Shown here: in pieces, positions 18,218-26,873 of the stretch
Position numbering within the stretch: position 1 is the first letter of the stretch
How the letters are laid out: the number at the start of each line of letters is the position of its first letter
Assembly: GCA_036266115.1 (NCBI GenBank)
Contig: DATANT010000088.1
Location: 1-31,431 of the forward strand
Direction of reading: 5' to 3'
DNA length: 31,431 nt
Source: Gemmatimonadaceae bacterium
GTDB lineage: Bacteria > Gemmatimonadota > Gemmatimonadetes > Gemmatimonadales > Gemmatimonadaceae
Program-made: the position numbers and the translations under genes
Notes under the pieces: model-generated
What the model was told of the DNA's origin: nothing
The model's database searches: none
What the model saw: only the letters and a program-made list of their open reading frames with translations

Positions 18218-18865
18218 ATGAAGCCAGACATGGGAACGAGCGCCGGTGCCTGGGCGCACGAGAGTGCGCCCGTCGACGTGCGCCGTCCCATGGTGGACGA
18301 CGCACGGGCGGCGCGCCGCGACCAGTTCGAGACCGAGGCGCTGGTGCACCTGGATGCGCTGTTCGGCCTCGCGCTCGAGCTGACCCGCTGCGGCACGGAA
18401 GCCGAGGAGCTGGTGCTGGACACCGTGGGAAGTGCCTTCGAGCAGTGGGAGCAGTACCGCCTGGGGACCAACATCCGCGGGTGGCTGTTCACGCTGCTGC
18501 ACCACACGTTCGTGCGCCGGACGACCGCGCCCTCCGCCGGCGGGACCGACGGGCACGGTGGTGACGCGGACGTCTGGCACCCGGGCGCCGCCGGCGCGGT
18601 GGATGCGGAGGGGCAGTTCTACGACGCGCTCCCCCGCGAAGCCATCGTGCGGGGGGTTGCCTCGCTGCCCCGCGAGTACGGTGCCGCGGTCATCCTGAGC
18701 GACCTGCGAGGGCTCCGTTACGCCGAGGTGGGCGAGGTGCTGGGCGTGCCGGAGGGCATCGCGAAGGCCCGGTTGTACCGCGGGCGGCAGCTGCTGCAGC
18801 AGGCGCTGGCGGGTTACGGGGCAGCGCTGGGCCTCGCGGTCCCCCGCCGCGCTGCACGGGGCTGA
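18218..18865 (+). CDS. RNA polymerase sigma-70 factor, ECF subfamily
   Basis: ATG at 18218 verified. Region-2-like DQFETEALVHLDALFGLALELT…WLFTLLHHTFV. Region 4.2 HTH YAEVGEVLGVPEGIAKARLYRGRQLL. Confidence 0.8.
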   Translation: MKPDMGTSAGAWAHESAPVDVRRPMVDDARAARRDQFETEALVHLDALFGLALELTRCGTEAEELVLDTVGSAFEQWEQYRLGTNIRGWLFTLLHHTFVRRTTAPSAGGTDGHGGDADVWHPGAAGAVDAEGQFYDALPREAIVRGVASLPREYGAAVILSDLRGLRYAEVGEVLGVPEGIAKARLYRGRQLLQQALAGYGAALGLAVPRRAARG

Positions 18866-19097
18866 GTCCCGGGCCACTCGCCGCCAGCCGCGGGAGCGGC
18901 GCGGGTCGTGCGGACAGCTCGCGCCGGTGCGACCTGCAGCCCGAGGGCCGGTTCTGCGGAACCCATCCCTTCCGGTCCGCCTCTTGCAGCCCCAGCTGTA
19001 ATCACGTGCCCCCGGCATCGCGGCACCGAGCCACTCGCTCGGCGCCCGCACCGCGCCAGGGTGCCGTTCCTTCTCTTTCGGTCGGCAATCCAAGTTG

Positions 19098-19307
19098 ATG
19101 ACGGAGCGACGCGTACGCGTCTTCCATGACACCAGCGGCGTGCAGTGGACGGCTTACGAGCGCGATGGGGGCAACGTTCCCGGCGGGCGGGAGCGCCAGT
19201 GCCTCGTGTTCGAATCCGCTGCGGCCGTGCGGCGGGTGTGGACCTACCCCGACAGGTGGGACACGCTCACGGACGACGAGCTGGCATCCCTGAGCTGGAA
19301 CTGCTAG
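19098..19307 (+). CDS. Small Trp-rich hypothetical protein (69 aa)
   Basis: ATG 19098, preceded by an in-frame TTG. High GC3. Non-repetitive composition: MTERRVRVFHDTSGVQWTAYERDGGNVPGGRERQCLVFESAAAVRRVWTYPDRWDTLTDDELASLSWNC. Confidence 0.5.
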   Translation: MTERRVRVFHDTSGVQWTAYERDGGNVPGGRERQCLVFESAAAVRRVWTYPDRWDTLTDDELASLSWNC

Positions 19308-19329
19308 ATGCGTACGCCCGGCCCGCGGA

Positions 19330-19983
19330 TCAGCTCTCCGAGGCCTGCCGGGCCCGCGTGCGAAAGCGGGCGGCTTTGAAGCGGTTGCCACAGGTGGCCA
19401 TGTCACACCAGCGGCGGCGCCCATTCCGGGTGCCGTCGAAGAAGACGAGCGCGCAATCCTCGGCGGCGCAGCGGCGCACGCGCGTCAGCTCGCCCAGCAC
19501 CAGGGCGTCCGCGGCCGACTCCACGATGGGGATCAGCAGGCCCCCGAAGGCGTCGCCCACCGGGACGAAGCTGCGCGCGAAGGTGCCGTCCCGCCGCCGC
19601 TCCACGCGCCGGGTGCCCGCGCTGCGGCCCAGGATCCGGTTGATCTCGGCCAGCGCGCTGTCGCGCACGGCGTCCTGACGCGGTCCCTTCTCGGCGAGCT
19701 GCCGTAGCGCGCCTCGCACGCGGCTGGCATCCAGCAGCGCCGCCGTGGCGCCCGCCGGCTGTTGCAGGGCGCGGCGGCGCATCACGGCGCAGCGCTCGGC
19801 GTCCAGCGTGCCGGCGGCCTGGAGCCAGCGCACGAACGCCTCGAAGCTCAGGAGCGCGTCGCTCCGGCCGCGATGCCGGGCGGCGTCGGTGTTCACGAAA
19901 TCCAGCCAGAGCCGTTCGCCGACGAAGGGGAAGAGCGGCAGCGGCGGTGGAGCCGGGGGGGCGAGGGCCGGGCGAGTGAGCAC
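19330..19983 (-). CDS. CGNR zinc-finger (ABATE-domain) protein, a putative stress-responsive regulator
   Basis: C-terminal signature RRRWCDMATCGNRFKAARFR. N-terminus …FVGERLWLDFVNT is typical of the ABATE domain. GTG start sits 4 nt after the upstream Usp stop. Confidence 0.8.
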   Translation of the reverse strand: MLTRPALAPPAPPPLPLFPFVGERLWLDFVNTDAARHRGRSDALLSFEAFVRWLQAAGTLDAERCAVMRRRALQQPAGATAALLDASRVRGALRQLAEKGPRQDAVRDSALAEINRILGRSAGTRRVERRRDGTFARSFVPVGDAFGGLLIPIVESAADALVLGELTRVRRCAAEDCALVFFDGTRNGRRRWCDMATCGNRFKAARFRTRARQASES

Positions 19984-19987
19984 CGGG

Positions 19988-20935
19988 TCAGCTCCGCATC
20001 ACGAGCACGTTCACCGGCGCCTGCTGCAGCACGCGGTCCGCCACGCTGCCCAGGAGTGCCCGCCGCAGCCCGCCACGACCATGGCTGGCCATCACCACGA
20101 GGTCCGCGTTCCAGGCGTCGGCCACGTCCAGGATGGCGGCCGCCGGCTCGGACGCGGTGGCCACGCGCTGCTCGGTGCGCACCCGGGCCGGCAGCCGACT
20201 GGCGACGCTCGCGAGGTACTCGCGGAGGGGGAGGGGGAGGTCCGGTGTGCCGTCGCCATCGGGGGCTCCGGCTTCGCGATCGGCCTGGGCCGCCACCGCC
20301 GACGGCGTGAGGGCGCCGAACAGCAGGAGCTCGCCGCCCGCCGCCTCGGCCAGGGTGAGCGCCAGGGGCAGGACCTGCTCGGCGGTGCGCGAGCCATCCA
20401 GCGGCACCACGAAGCGCTGCGGCGGGTGCACCGGCGTGAACGACTCCCGCTCCTCGGTGGGATGGACCACCACCACCGGCGCGGAGCCGTGGCGCACGAG
20501 CTGGTCGGTGACGCTGCCCTCGAGGATGCGCGCGAGCCCGGTGCGACTGTGGCTGGCGCTCACCACCAGCCCGCAGCCGTGCGCCTCGCCGTACGCGATG
20601 AGCTGCTCGGTCACGTTGCCGTCGGTCAGCGCGGGCACCACGGGGCATGCGGACTCCGCGCGCACCGTCTCCGCCAGCCGGTCCAGGTACGCCTGCGCGG
20701 CGTCGCGCGCCTCCTGGTCCCACCGGGCATCGTACACGGGCATCGCCAGATCGCCGGGCACGGGAACGGCCGCCAGCGGCACGTGCACCCGTACCAGGTG
20801 CAGCCTGGCCTGCAGCAGGCGCGCGAACGACGCGGCCACCGGGATCGCGCGCTCCGCGAACGGCGAGCCGTCGATGGGGACGAGGATGGCGCCGGGACGC
20901 GGGGCGGGGAGGATGGGCGGGAGCGCGTCAGTCAT
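19988..20935 (-). CDS. Tandem universal stress protein (two UspA domains)
   Basis: ATG at 20935-20933 verified. Two Usp domains: ILVPIDGSPFAERA…GLVVSASHSRTGLARILEGSVTDQLVRHGSAPVVVV and RFVVPLDGS…LVVMASHGRGGLRRALLGSVADRVLQQAPVNVLVM. Confidence 0.85.
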   Translation of the reverse strand: MTDALPPILPAPRPGAILVPIDGSPFAERAIPVAASFARLLQARLHLVRVHVPLAAVPVPGDLAMPVYDARWDQEARDAAQAYLDRLAETVRAESACPVVPALTDGNVTEQLIAYGEAHGCGLVVSASHSRTGLARILEGSVTDQLVRHGSAPVVVVHPTEERESFTPVHPPQRFVVPLDGSRTAEQVLPLALTLAEAAGGELLLFGALTPSAVAAQADREAGAPDGDGTPDLPLPLREYLASVASRLPARVRTEQRVATASEPAAAILDVADAWNADLVVMASHGRGGLRRALLGSVADRVLQQAPVNVLVMRS

Positions 20936-21037
20936 GGGTGGTGGCGAGGGCGTGGCGAGAAGCTACGGGCCGACACCGCTCCCGACCAGGGTAGCGACCA
21001 CACGCGTACGGCCATGGGCCGCCGCGGCGCCGCTGAT

Positions 21038-21058
21038 GGCATCGTTCAGGGCATCGTT
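21038..21058. promoter_or_regulatory. Direct repeat GGCATCGTT x2 (12-bp period) in the divergent usp/thioesterase promoter region
   Basis: Seen by eye at 21038-21046 and 21050-21058. Confidence 0.25.
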
Positions 21059-21134
21059 GGTGATATCCTTCCATCGCCTGCCTCGAGCGACGGTGCGGCG
21101 CGGTGCCGGCACCCGACAGAACCTCCATCCCGCG

Positions 21135-21587
21135 ATGATGTCCAGTCCGTCCACTCAAGTCTCCTGGCTCTCCGTGCCCGCCGATCGCGTCCGCTGGGAG
21201 GACGTGGACCTGGCGGGCGTCATGCGCTACAGCGCCTACACTCGCGTGGTGGACCTGGCGGAAGCCGAGCTGCTGCGCGCCGCGGGGCTCTCGGTCACCG
21301 AGCTGGCCGAGCGCCTGGGCGTGTGGCTGCCGCGCAAGGTGCTGCACGTGGAGTATGCGGCGCCGGCGCTGCTGGACGAGGCGCTGCGGGTGGAGGTGCG
21401 CGTGGCGAAGGTGGGCACCACCTCGATCACGTTCCGCATGGTGATGTACGCCGCCGAGCGCGATACGCGGCTCGCGGAGGCGGAGATGGTGCTGGTGTGC
21501 GTGGGGCGCGACGACTTCGTCAAGCGTCCGCTGCCCACCGAGCTGGTGGACCGGCTGGCGCCCTGGACGGACGTCGCCGAGGGGTGA
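21135..21587 (+). CDS. Acyl-CoA thioesterase, hotdog fold (YbgC/4HBT-like)
   Basis: ATG at 21135 verified. 150 aa. Typical 4HBT architecture (…VDLAGVMRYSAYTRVVDLAEAELLRAAGL…VEYAAPALLDEALRVEVRVAKVGTTSITFRMVMY…). Confidence 0.75.
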   Translation: MMSSPSTQVSWLSVPADRVRWEDVDLAGVMRYSAYTRVVDLAEAELLRAAGLSVTELAERLGVWLPRKVLHVEYAAPALLDEALRVEVRVAKVGTTSITFRMVMYAAERDTRLAEAEMVLVCVGRDDFVKRPLPTELVDRLAPWTDVAEG

Positions 21588-21593
21588 GACGAG

Positions 21594-21623
21594 AGCGGGG
21601 CCGGCGCGAACGCCGGCCCCGCT
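21594..21623. terminator. Bidirectional terminator-like hairpin between the convergent thioesterase and flotillin genes (13-bp perfect stem AGCGGGGCCGGCG / CGCCGGCCCCGCT, CGAA loop)
   Basis: Arms verified as exact reverse complements. Confidence 0.6.
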
Positions 21624-21639
21624 CCCCGTCCGCGTGCCG

Positions 21640-23448
21640 TCAGGCGCGCGGTGCCGGATATGCGCCATCCGGCGCACTCGCGGGCGGCGCGTCCGGGGGC
21701 GAGCCCGCCACCAGCGGGCCATCGACCTGCGCGCCCTCGGGCAGCGCGCCGTTCTCCGCATCGCGGCCCAGCGTGCCGAGGTAGGAGGGCAGCTCCACGC
21801 CGGCGATGTCGCGCAGCACGTTCATCATGGGCGGCAGCGTGCGTCCCATGTTCTGCAGGAACCCGGCGGTGGCGCCGGTACCCGAGCCGCCGCCGTCCCA
21901 CACCACGATCTTGTCGAACTTCACGTTGGAGATGGCCGTGGCCGCGGTCTGTGCCAGCGTATCCAGGTGCTCGAGCATGAGCAGCTGGTAGGCCTCCTTG
22001 GCGCCGCCGCACGCCGCCACCACCTGCTTGAGCGCCTCGCCCTTCTTGGCGAGGATCTCGTACTGGCCGCGGGCCTCGGCCTCCAGGCGCACGTACACCG
22101 CGCGCGCCTCCGCCTCCGCCCCGATGCGCACCTTCTCGGCTTCGGCCTCGGCCTCCACGATGGTGCGCGCCTTCTCGGCCTTGGCCGGCGCTTCCAGGCG
22201 GGAGCGCTCCTCGGCTTCCACGCGCTCGGCGTCGGCGAGGGCTGCCTTGGCCTGCGCGCGGTTGCCCGCTTCCTGCACGGCGGCTTCGGCCTCGCGCTTG
22301 CGCGTCTCGGCAACCTGGTACGCTTCGGCCTCGCGCACCTGCAGCTGGGCGCGGGTGGCCACGATGTGCGCCTGCGACTGCGCCTCGCCAGCGATCGCCT
22401 TGGACTCGGCGTCGGCCACGGCCACGCGCTTGCGCTGCTCGGCCGTCTTCACCTGCGCCTCGCGCTCGAAGACGGCGGTCTGCTCGCCCACCTGCTGCTC
22501 CTTGTCCAGCTCCGCCACGCGCACGGCCTGCGCGCGCTGCGCCTCCTTGATCTGGCGCTCGCGCTCCAGCGCCGCCGTCTGCTCGCCCACCGCCTGCTCC
22601 TTGGCCAGGTCGGCCAGGCGCACCAGCTTCTCGCGCTCGGCCTCCTGGATGCCGATGTCGCGCTGCTTGGTGGCATTGGCCACCTGCACGTAGCGGTCGC
22701 GCTCCGCCTCGGCCACGCGGATCTCGCCCAGCTTCTCCTGCTCGGCCACGTCGCCGCGTGCCTGCTGCACCGCGGTGGCGGCAGCCTTGCGGCCGATGGC
22801 CTCGATGTAGCCGCTCTCGTCGTTGATGTCCGTGATGTTCACGTTGATCAGCACGAGGCCGATCTTCTTGAGCTCCGGCTCGAGCGACGTGAGGATGTTG
22901 TGCAGGAAGGAGTCGCGGTCCCGGTTGATCTCCTCGATGCGCATGGAGGCGATCACCTGGCGCAGCTGGCCGAAGATCATGTCCTGCGCCTGCCGCTTGA
23001 TCTGGTTCTGGTCCAGGGTGAGCAGGCGGACGGCAGCGTTCTGCCGCACCTCCGGCTCGGTGCCCACGGCCACCGTGAACACGCTCGGCACGCTCACGCG
23101 GATGTTCTCGAAGGAGAGCGCGTCCTTGAGCGGGATGTCGATCTGGATGGGCTCCAGGGTGAGGTAGTCCCACTCCTGGATGACGGGCCACACGAACGCG
23201 CCGCCGCCGGAGATGCACTTGGCGGCGTTGCCACCGCCCACGCGGCCGGAGATGACGAGCAGCCGGTTGGCCGGGCAGCGCTTGTAGCGCGAGACGAAGA
23301 GCAGGACGAAGCCCACGAGCAGGACGGCGGCCAGGGCGGCCCCGATCACGGTCCAGCCGGCCGAGCCGAGCTGCTCGAGCAGATTCGGCTGGTCCGCCTG
23401 CTGGGAGAACTGCGCGCGGAGCGCGGGGAAGATCGACATCGACGGCAT
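21640..23448 (-). CDS. Flotillin (SPFH/band-7 family, FloA/YqiK-like)
   Basis: N-terminal TM helix and SPFH domain (…RLLVISGRVGG…FVWPVIQEWDYLTLEPIQIDI…). Long Glu/Ala/Gln coiled-coil region. Start is ATG 23448 (TTG at 23451 also in frame). The ATG overlaps the upstream nfeD stop in TGATG. Confidence 0.9.
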   Translation of the reverse strand: MPSMSIFPALRAQFSQQADQPNLLEQLGSAGWTVIGAALAAVLLVGFVLLFVSRYKRCPANRLLVISGRVGGGNAAKCISGGGAFVWPVIQEWDYLTLEPIQIDIPLKDALSFENIRVSVPSVFTVAVGTEPEVRQNAAVRLLTLDQNQIKRQAQDMIFGQLRQVIASMRIEEINRDRDSFLHNILTSLEPELKKIGLVLINVNITDINDESGYIEAIGRKAAATAVQQARGDVAEQEKLGEIRVAEAERDRYVQVANATKQRDIGIQEAEREKLVRLADLAKEQAVGEQTAALERERQIKEAQRAQAVRVAELDKEQQVGEQTAVFEREAQVKTAEQRKRVAVADAESKAIAGEAQSQAHIVATRAQLQVREAEAYQVAETRKREAEAAVQEAGNRAQAKAALADAERVEAEERSRLEAPAKAEKARTIVEAEAEAEKVRIGAEAEARAVYVRLEAEARGQYEILAKKGEALKQVVAACGGAKEAYQLLMLEHLDTLAQTAATAISNVKFDKIVVWDGGGSGTGATAGFLQNMGRTLPPMMNVLRDIAGVELPSYLGTLGRDAENGALPEGAQVDGPLVAGSPPDAPPASAPDGAYPAPRA

Positions 23449-23984
23449 CAATGGAGCTCCAGATCAGGAGTGGGGCTGACTTCCACGGTATCCGGGTCCA
23501 CGACATCCACGACGATGACGGGTGTGCCGGAAGGCAGGGCTTCGTTCGCCGTGACGGCGCGCAGCTCCACCAGGCGGTTCTGCAGCGTCACCATCACCTT
23601 GCCGGCGCCGCTGTGGTTGGAGGGAACGGAAACGTGTACGCGAGCGGGCAGTCCCACGGCGCCGGTGATGCGCACGGCGCCGTCGCTCTCCATGCCGCGC
23701 AGGGCGCGCATGGCCAGCGCGACCAGCACGCCGGCCAGCGCGCCCACGGCCGCCGCCACCGCCGTGCTCACCCCAATGCCGGTGCCGGCGGCGAGCATGG
23801 CGCGGCCCGCGATGCCGAAGAAGGCCACCGTGGCGGCGAGGGAGCGAACACTGAGGAGCTGGAAGCCGTCCGCGGCGTCGTGACCGAACTCGTGGTCGCC
23901 GTCGTGGCCGAAGAGCGCGAGCGCGAACTGCAGCACCACCACGATGCCGCCGAGGATCGCGCAGGCGAGAAAGAGAGAGGCCAT
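23448..23984 (-). CDS. NfeD-like membrane protein (short YuaF/YqiJ-type, C-terminal OB-fold), the flotillin partner
   Basis: ATG at 23984-23982 verified. Hydrophobic N-half (MASLFLACAILGGIVVVLQFALALF…) and a soluble beta-rich C-half. Sits immediately upstream of flotillin with a 1-nt overlap. Confidence 0.8.
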   Translation of the reverse strand: MASLFLACAILGGIVVVLQFALALFGHDGDHEFGHDAADGFQLLSVRSLAATVAFFGIAGRAMLAAGTGIGVSTAVAAAVGALAGVLVALAMRALRGMESDGAVRITGAVGLPARVHVSVPSNHSGAGKVMVTLQNRLVELRAVTANEALPSGTPVIVVDVVDPDTVEVSPTPDLELH

Positions 23985-24127
23985 GGCTGAGGTTGGCGTG
24001 GCCCGATAACGTGGGGCCGCGGCCGCTGGCGGGCAAGAGCGGTCCCGACACTCGCACCGCCGCGGGCGGCGCGAGTACGGGATAGGAAGTACTGGCCGGC
24101 GAGGGCCTCCTGCCGCGGCAGAAAGTC

Positions 24128-24153
24128 GTGGTCGAGCGGCGTGGTCGAGCGGC
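24128..24153 (+). repeat. Perfect tandem 13-bp direct repeat GTGGTCGAGCGGC x2, with a partial third copy GTGG, about 90 bp upstream of ispH
   Basis: Copies at 24128-24140 and 24141-24153 are identical. They lie in the divergent nfeD-flotillin / ispH promoter region. Confidence 0.45.
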
Positions 24154-24242
24154 GTGGCAGCCGTGGGGGCGAGGGGCGGCGAAGCACGGGGCGGCGCCGC
24201 TCCGGGTTCAATCCGTCCGGCGCGCCCCCTACATTCCATCGC

Positions 24243-25460
24243 ATGTCGACTGCCGAGAATGGTTTCACCTACTTCCGCAAGGGCTTCGGCCTCAAGACCG
24301 AGGTGCAGGGCGAGCTCGCGAGCGACTACGACGGGCGGCTCGTGAACCTGCTGCGGGAGCGGGACTTCGCGCTCACCGCCGGGGACGTGACCATTCGCCT
24401 GGCGCGCGAGTTCGGCTTCTGCTACGGCGTGGAGCGCGCGGTGGACTACGCGTACCAGACGCGGCGCAAGTTCCCCGACCGCCGCATCTTCCTGGCGGGC
24501 GAGATCATCCACAACCCGCACGTGAACGCCAAGCTGCGCGAGATGCGCATCGAGTTCCTGGGCGCCAAGGGCCACGGCTTCGACTACGGGCCCGTGAAGC
24601 CGGAGGACGTGGTGATCCTGCCCGCGTTCGGCGTCACCATCCAGGACTTCGAGACGCTGCGCACCATGGGCGCGGTGGTGGTGGACACCACCTGCGGCTC
24701 GGTGCTGAACGTGTGGAAGCGGGTGGACGCCTACGCCCGCGACGGCTTCACGGCGCTCATCCACGGCAAGTACTACCACGAGGAGACGCGCGCGACGGCG
24801 TCACAGGTGGAGAAGTACCCGGGCGGCACGTACGTGGTGGTGCGCGACATGGCCGAGGCGCAGGTGGTGATGGACTACATCGAGGGACGCGGCGACCGTG
24901 AGGCGTTCCTGGCCCGGTTCGTGGACGCCACGGGGGACGACTTCGACCCCGACGTGCACCTGCGCCGCATCGGCGTGGCCAACCAGACCACGATGCTCGC
25001 CCGCGAGTCGCTGGCCATCGGCGAGGCGGTGGGGCAGGCGATGGCGCGCGCGCACGGCGACGCGTATCGCGCCGAGAACTTCCGCACCTTCGACACCATC
25101 TGCAGCGCCACGCAGGACCGCCAGGACGCCGTGCTGGAGCTGCTGCAGGACCCGCCCGACGTGATGCTCGTGGTCGGCGGCTACAACTCGAGCAACACGA
25201 TGTCGCTGGCCGCGCTGTGCGCGGAGCGGGTGCCGACGTTCCACATCGAGGACGCGGCGTGCATCGACGTCGCCGCCGGCACCATCCGCCACCTGCCCAT
25301 CGGCACGAAGGCCGAGGTGACCACGGCCGGCTGGCTGCGCGCCGACGGCACGATTGCCGTGGGGCTCACGGCCGGCGCGAGCACGCCGAACAACAAGATC
25401 GGCGAGACGGTGACCCGGGTGTTCGCGGCGCGGGGCATCGATCCGGCGACGGTGGGGTGA
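24243..25460 (+). CDS. ispH: 4-hydroxy-3-methylbut-2-enyl diphosphate reductase, long form of about 405 aa
   Basis: ATG at 24243 verified. FGFCYGVERAV Cys motif, TTCGSV, and SSNT near the C-domain. The length and N-terminal extension match the long IspH variant. Confidence 0.88.
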   Translation: MSTAENGFTYFRKGFGLKTEVQGELASDYDGRLVNLLRERDFALTAGDVTIRLAREFGFCYGVERAVDYAYQTRRKFPDRRIFLAGEIIHNPHVNAKLREMRIEFLGAKGHGFDYGPVKPEDVVILPAFGVTIQDFETLRTMGAVVVDTTCGSVLNVWKRVDAYARDGFTALIHGKYYHEETRATASQVEKYPGGTYVVVRDMAEAQVVMDYIEGRGDREAFLARFVDATGDDFDPDVHLRRIGVANQTTMLARESLAIGEAVGQAMARAHGDAYRAENFRTFDTICSATQDRQDAVLELLQDPPDVMLVVGGYNSSNTMSLAALCAERVPTFHIEDAACIDVAAGTIRHLPIGTKAEVTTAGWLRADGTIAVGLTAGASTPNNKIGETVTRVFAARGIDPATVG

Positions 25461-25469
25461 GCGCCGGCG

Positions 25470-25514
25470 CGGCTGCTCTGAGCCGCTGCTCTGCGCAGCG
25501 GCTCAGAGCAGCCG
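25470..25514. terminator. Strong bidirectional hairpin between convergent ispH and cls (17-19-bp perfect stem GCTGCTCTGAGCCGCTG / CAGCGGCTCAGAGCAGC, 7-nt loop). It overlaps the cls stop codon.
   Basis: Arms verified as exact reverse complements. No U-tract on either side. Confidence 0.65.
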
Positions 25515-26873
25515 CGTGAGCTGATTGGCCGCCCATTCGGCGACGTGCCGGTACCACGGACGGCGGCGGAACGCGACCGGGTCGATCGCCCTCGCGTAGC
25601 GCAGATCCTCGTGGAACATCGCCTCCATCTGCCGCCCGAACGTGGAGTCCAGGACCATCAGCGTGGACTCGTCGTTCAGGGCGAGCGAGCGGTTGTCGAA
25701 GTTCATGGTCCCGATGGAGCTCCACACGCCGTCCACCACGAACGTCTTCGCGTGCAGCGTGGTGGGCTGGTACTCGTAGATCCTCACGCCCGCGTCCATG
25801 AGCGTCTCGTAGCGCGCGTGCGCCGCCAGGCGCGCGGCCCGCACGTCGGTCCTGGGGCCGCCCACCAGGAGGCGCACGTCCACGCCGCGGCGCGCGGCGC
25901 CGGTGAGCAGCGCGACGAAGCTCGTGTCCGGCGCGAAGTAGGCGTTGGTGATGTAGAGCCGCTGCCGCGCTCCCGCGATGGAGAGCGCGAGATAGCGTTC
26001 GGCGGGCGTGCTCCCGAGCGTGGGCGCGGTGAAGAGCAGCCCGGCCGCGGCCACGCCGCCGTCGCGCAGGTCGAGCGCCGGTCGCCCGGTGTAGAGATCG
26101 CCCGTGGCTTCCGCCCATCCGGCGGCGAAGGCGCCCAGCAGCTGCAGCACCGCCGGCCCCTCGAAGCGCACGTTCGTCTCACGCCAGCCGGTGCCGGCGC
26201 GGCCGTCGCCGAGCCACTTGTCGTCCACGCCGAATCCGCCCGTCCAGCCCACGCGGCCGTCGATGACGATGCCGCGCACGTGCGAGCGGTTCTGCACCAC
26301 CCACAGGTTGGAGAAGCGGAGGGGGCGGAAGGCGACGACGGTCGCGCCGGCGGCGCGCAGCCGGTCGGCGAACGCGCCGCCCAGCTCAGTCGCGCCGAAG
26401 GCATCGTAGAGCACGGACACGGACACGCCGGCGCGCGCACGCGCCTCGAGGATCGCGCCCAGCGAGTCGGCCACCTGGCCGGTCTGCGCGTAGTACATCT
26501 GCACGGTGATGACGTGCCGCGCGGCGCGCAGGTCGGCCCAGAGGCGCGGGAAGGTGCCGTCACCGTCGAGCGCGAGCTCCACCCGGTTGCCGGGGACCAG
26601 CGACGTACCGGTGAGCAGGGCGACGGAGAGCGGGAACGCCGGCTCGGCCGGTGCCACCACCGCGCTGTCCGTGCCGGCGCCGCGCACGTGGCGCACGGCC
26701 GTGCCGCGCGTGATGAACAGCAGGCCGATGGTGGCCGCGACGAGGATGACGATGAAGACCGTCCAGCGGATGACGTCCGAGCCGTAACGCAGCAGCGCGG
26801 ACTGCTTCGAGGCGGGCGGGGCGGCGGGGGCGACCTCGTCCGCCGGCCTCTCGGGCGGCGCGGAGCTCTCCAC
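25503..26873 (-). CDS. cls: Cardiolipin synthase or phospholipase-D-family phosphatidyltransferase
   Basis: N-terminal TM helix. Two PLD motifs: a degenerate HxR…D (NRSHVRGIVIDGRVGWTGGFGVDDKW) and a canonical HKD (HAKTFVVDGVWSSIGTMNFDNRS). GTG start at 26873. Confidence 0.85.
   Translation of the reverse strand: MESSAPPERPADEVAPAAPPASKQSALLRYGSDVIRWTVFIVILVAATIGLLFITRGTAVRHVRGAGTDSAVVAPAEPAFPLSVALLTGTSLVPGNRVELALDGDGTFPRLWADLRAARHVITVQMYYAQTGQVADSLGAILEARARAGVSVSVLYDAFGATELGGAFADRLRAAGATVVAFRPLRFSNLWVVQNRSHVRGIVIDGRVGWTGGFGVDDKWLGDGRAGTGWRETNVRFEGPAVLQLLGAFAAGWAEATGDLYTGRPALDLRDGGVAAAGLLFTAPTLGSTPAERYLALSIAGARQRLYITNAYFAPDTSFVALLTGAARRGVDVRLLVGGPRTDVRAARLAAHARYETLMDAGVRIYEYQPTTLHAKTFVVDGVWSSIGTMNFDNRSLALNDESTLMVLDSTFGRQMEAMFHEDLRYARAIDPVAFRRRPWYRHVAEWAANQLTRLL

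Noticed and set aside
18169-19132. Search for an anti-sigma factor ORF immediately downstream of the ECF sigma
   Set aside because: Every ORF in 18866-19094, for example 18908-19129, translates to low-complexity sequence without TM or Zn-binding motifs. None is reported as a gene.
19206-19215. GTTCGAATCC, which resembles a tRNA T-loop
   Set aside because: No acceptor, D or anticodon stems fold around it. The flanking 4-5 nt do not pair, and it lies in-frame inside the high-GC3 69-aa ORF (…LVFESA…).
23448-24779. 443-aa minus-strand ORF extending beyond nfeD
   Set aside because: The stretch upstream of ATG 23984 is antisense to ispH and compositionally junk. The real gene is the 178-aa NfeD-like protein.
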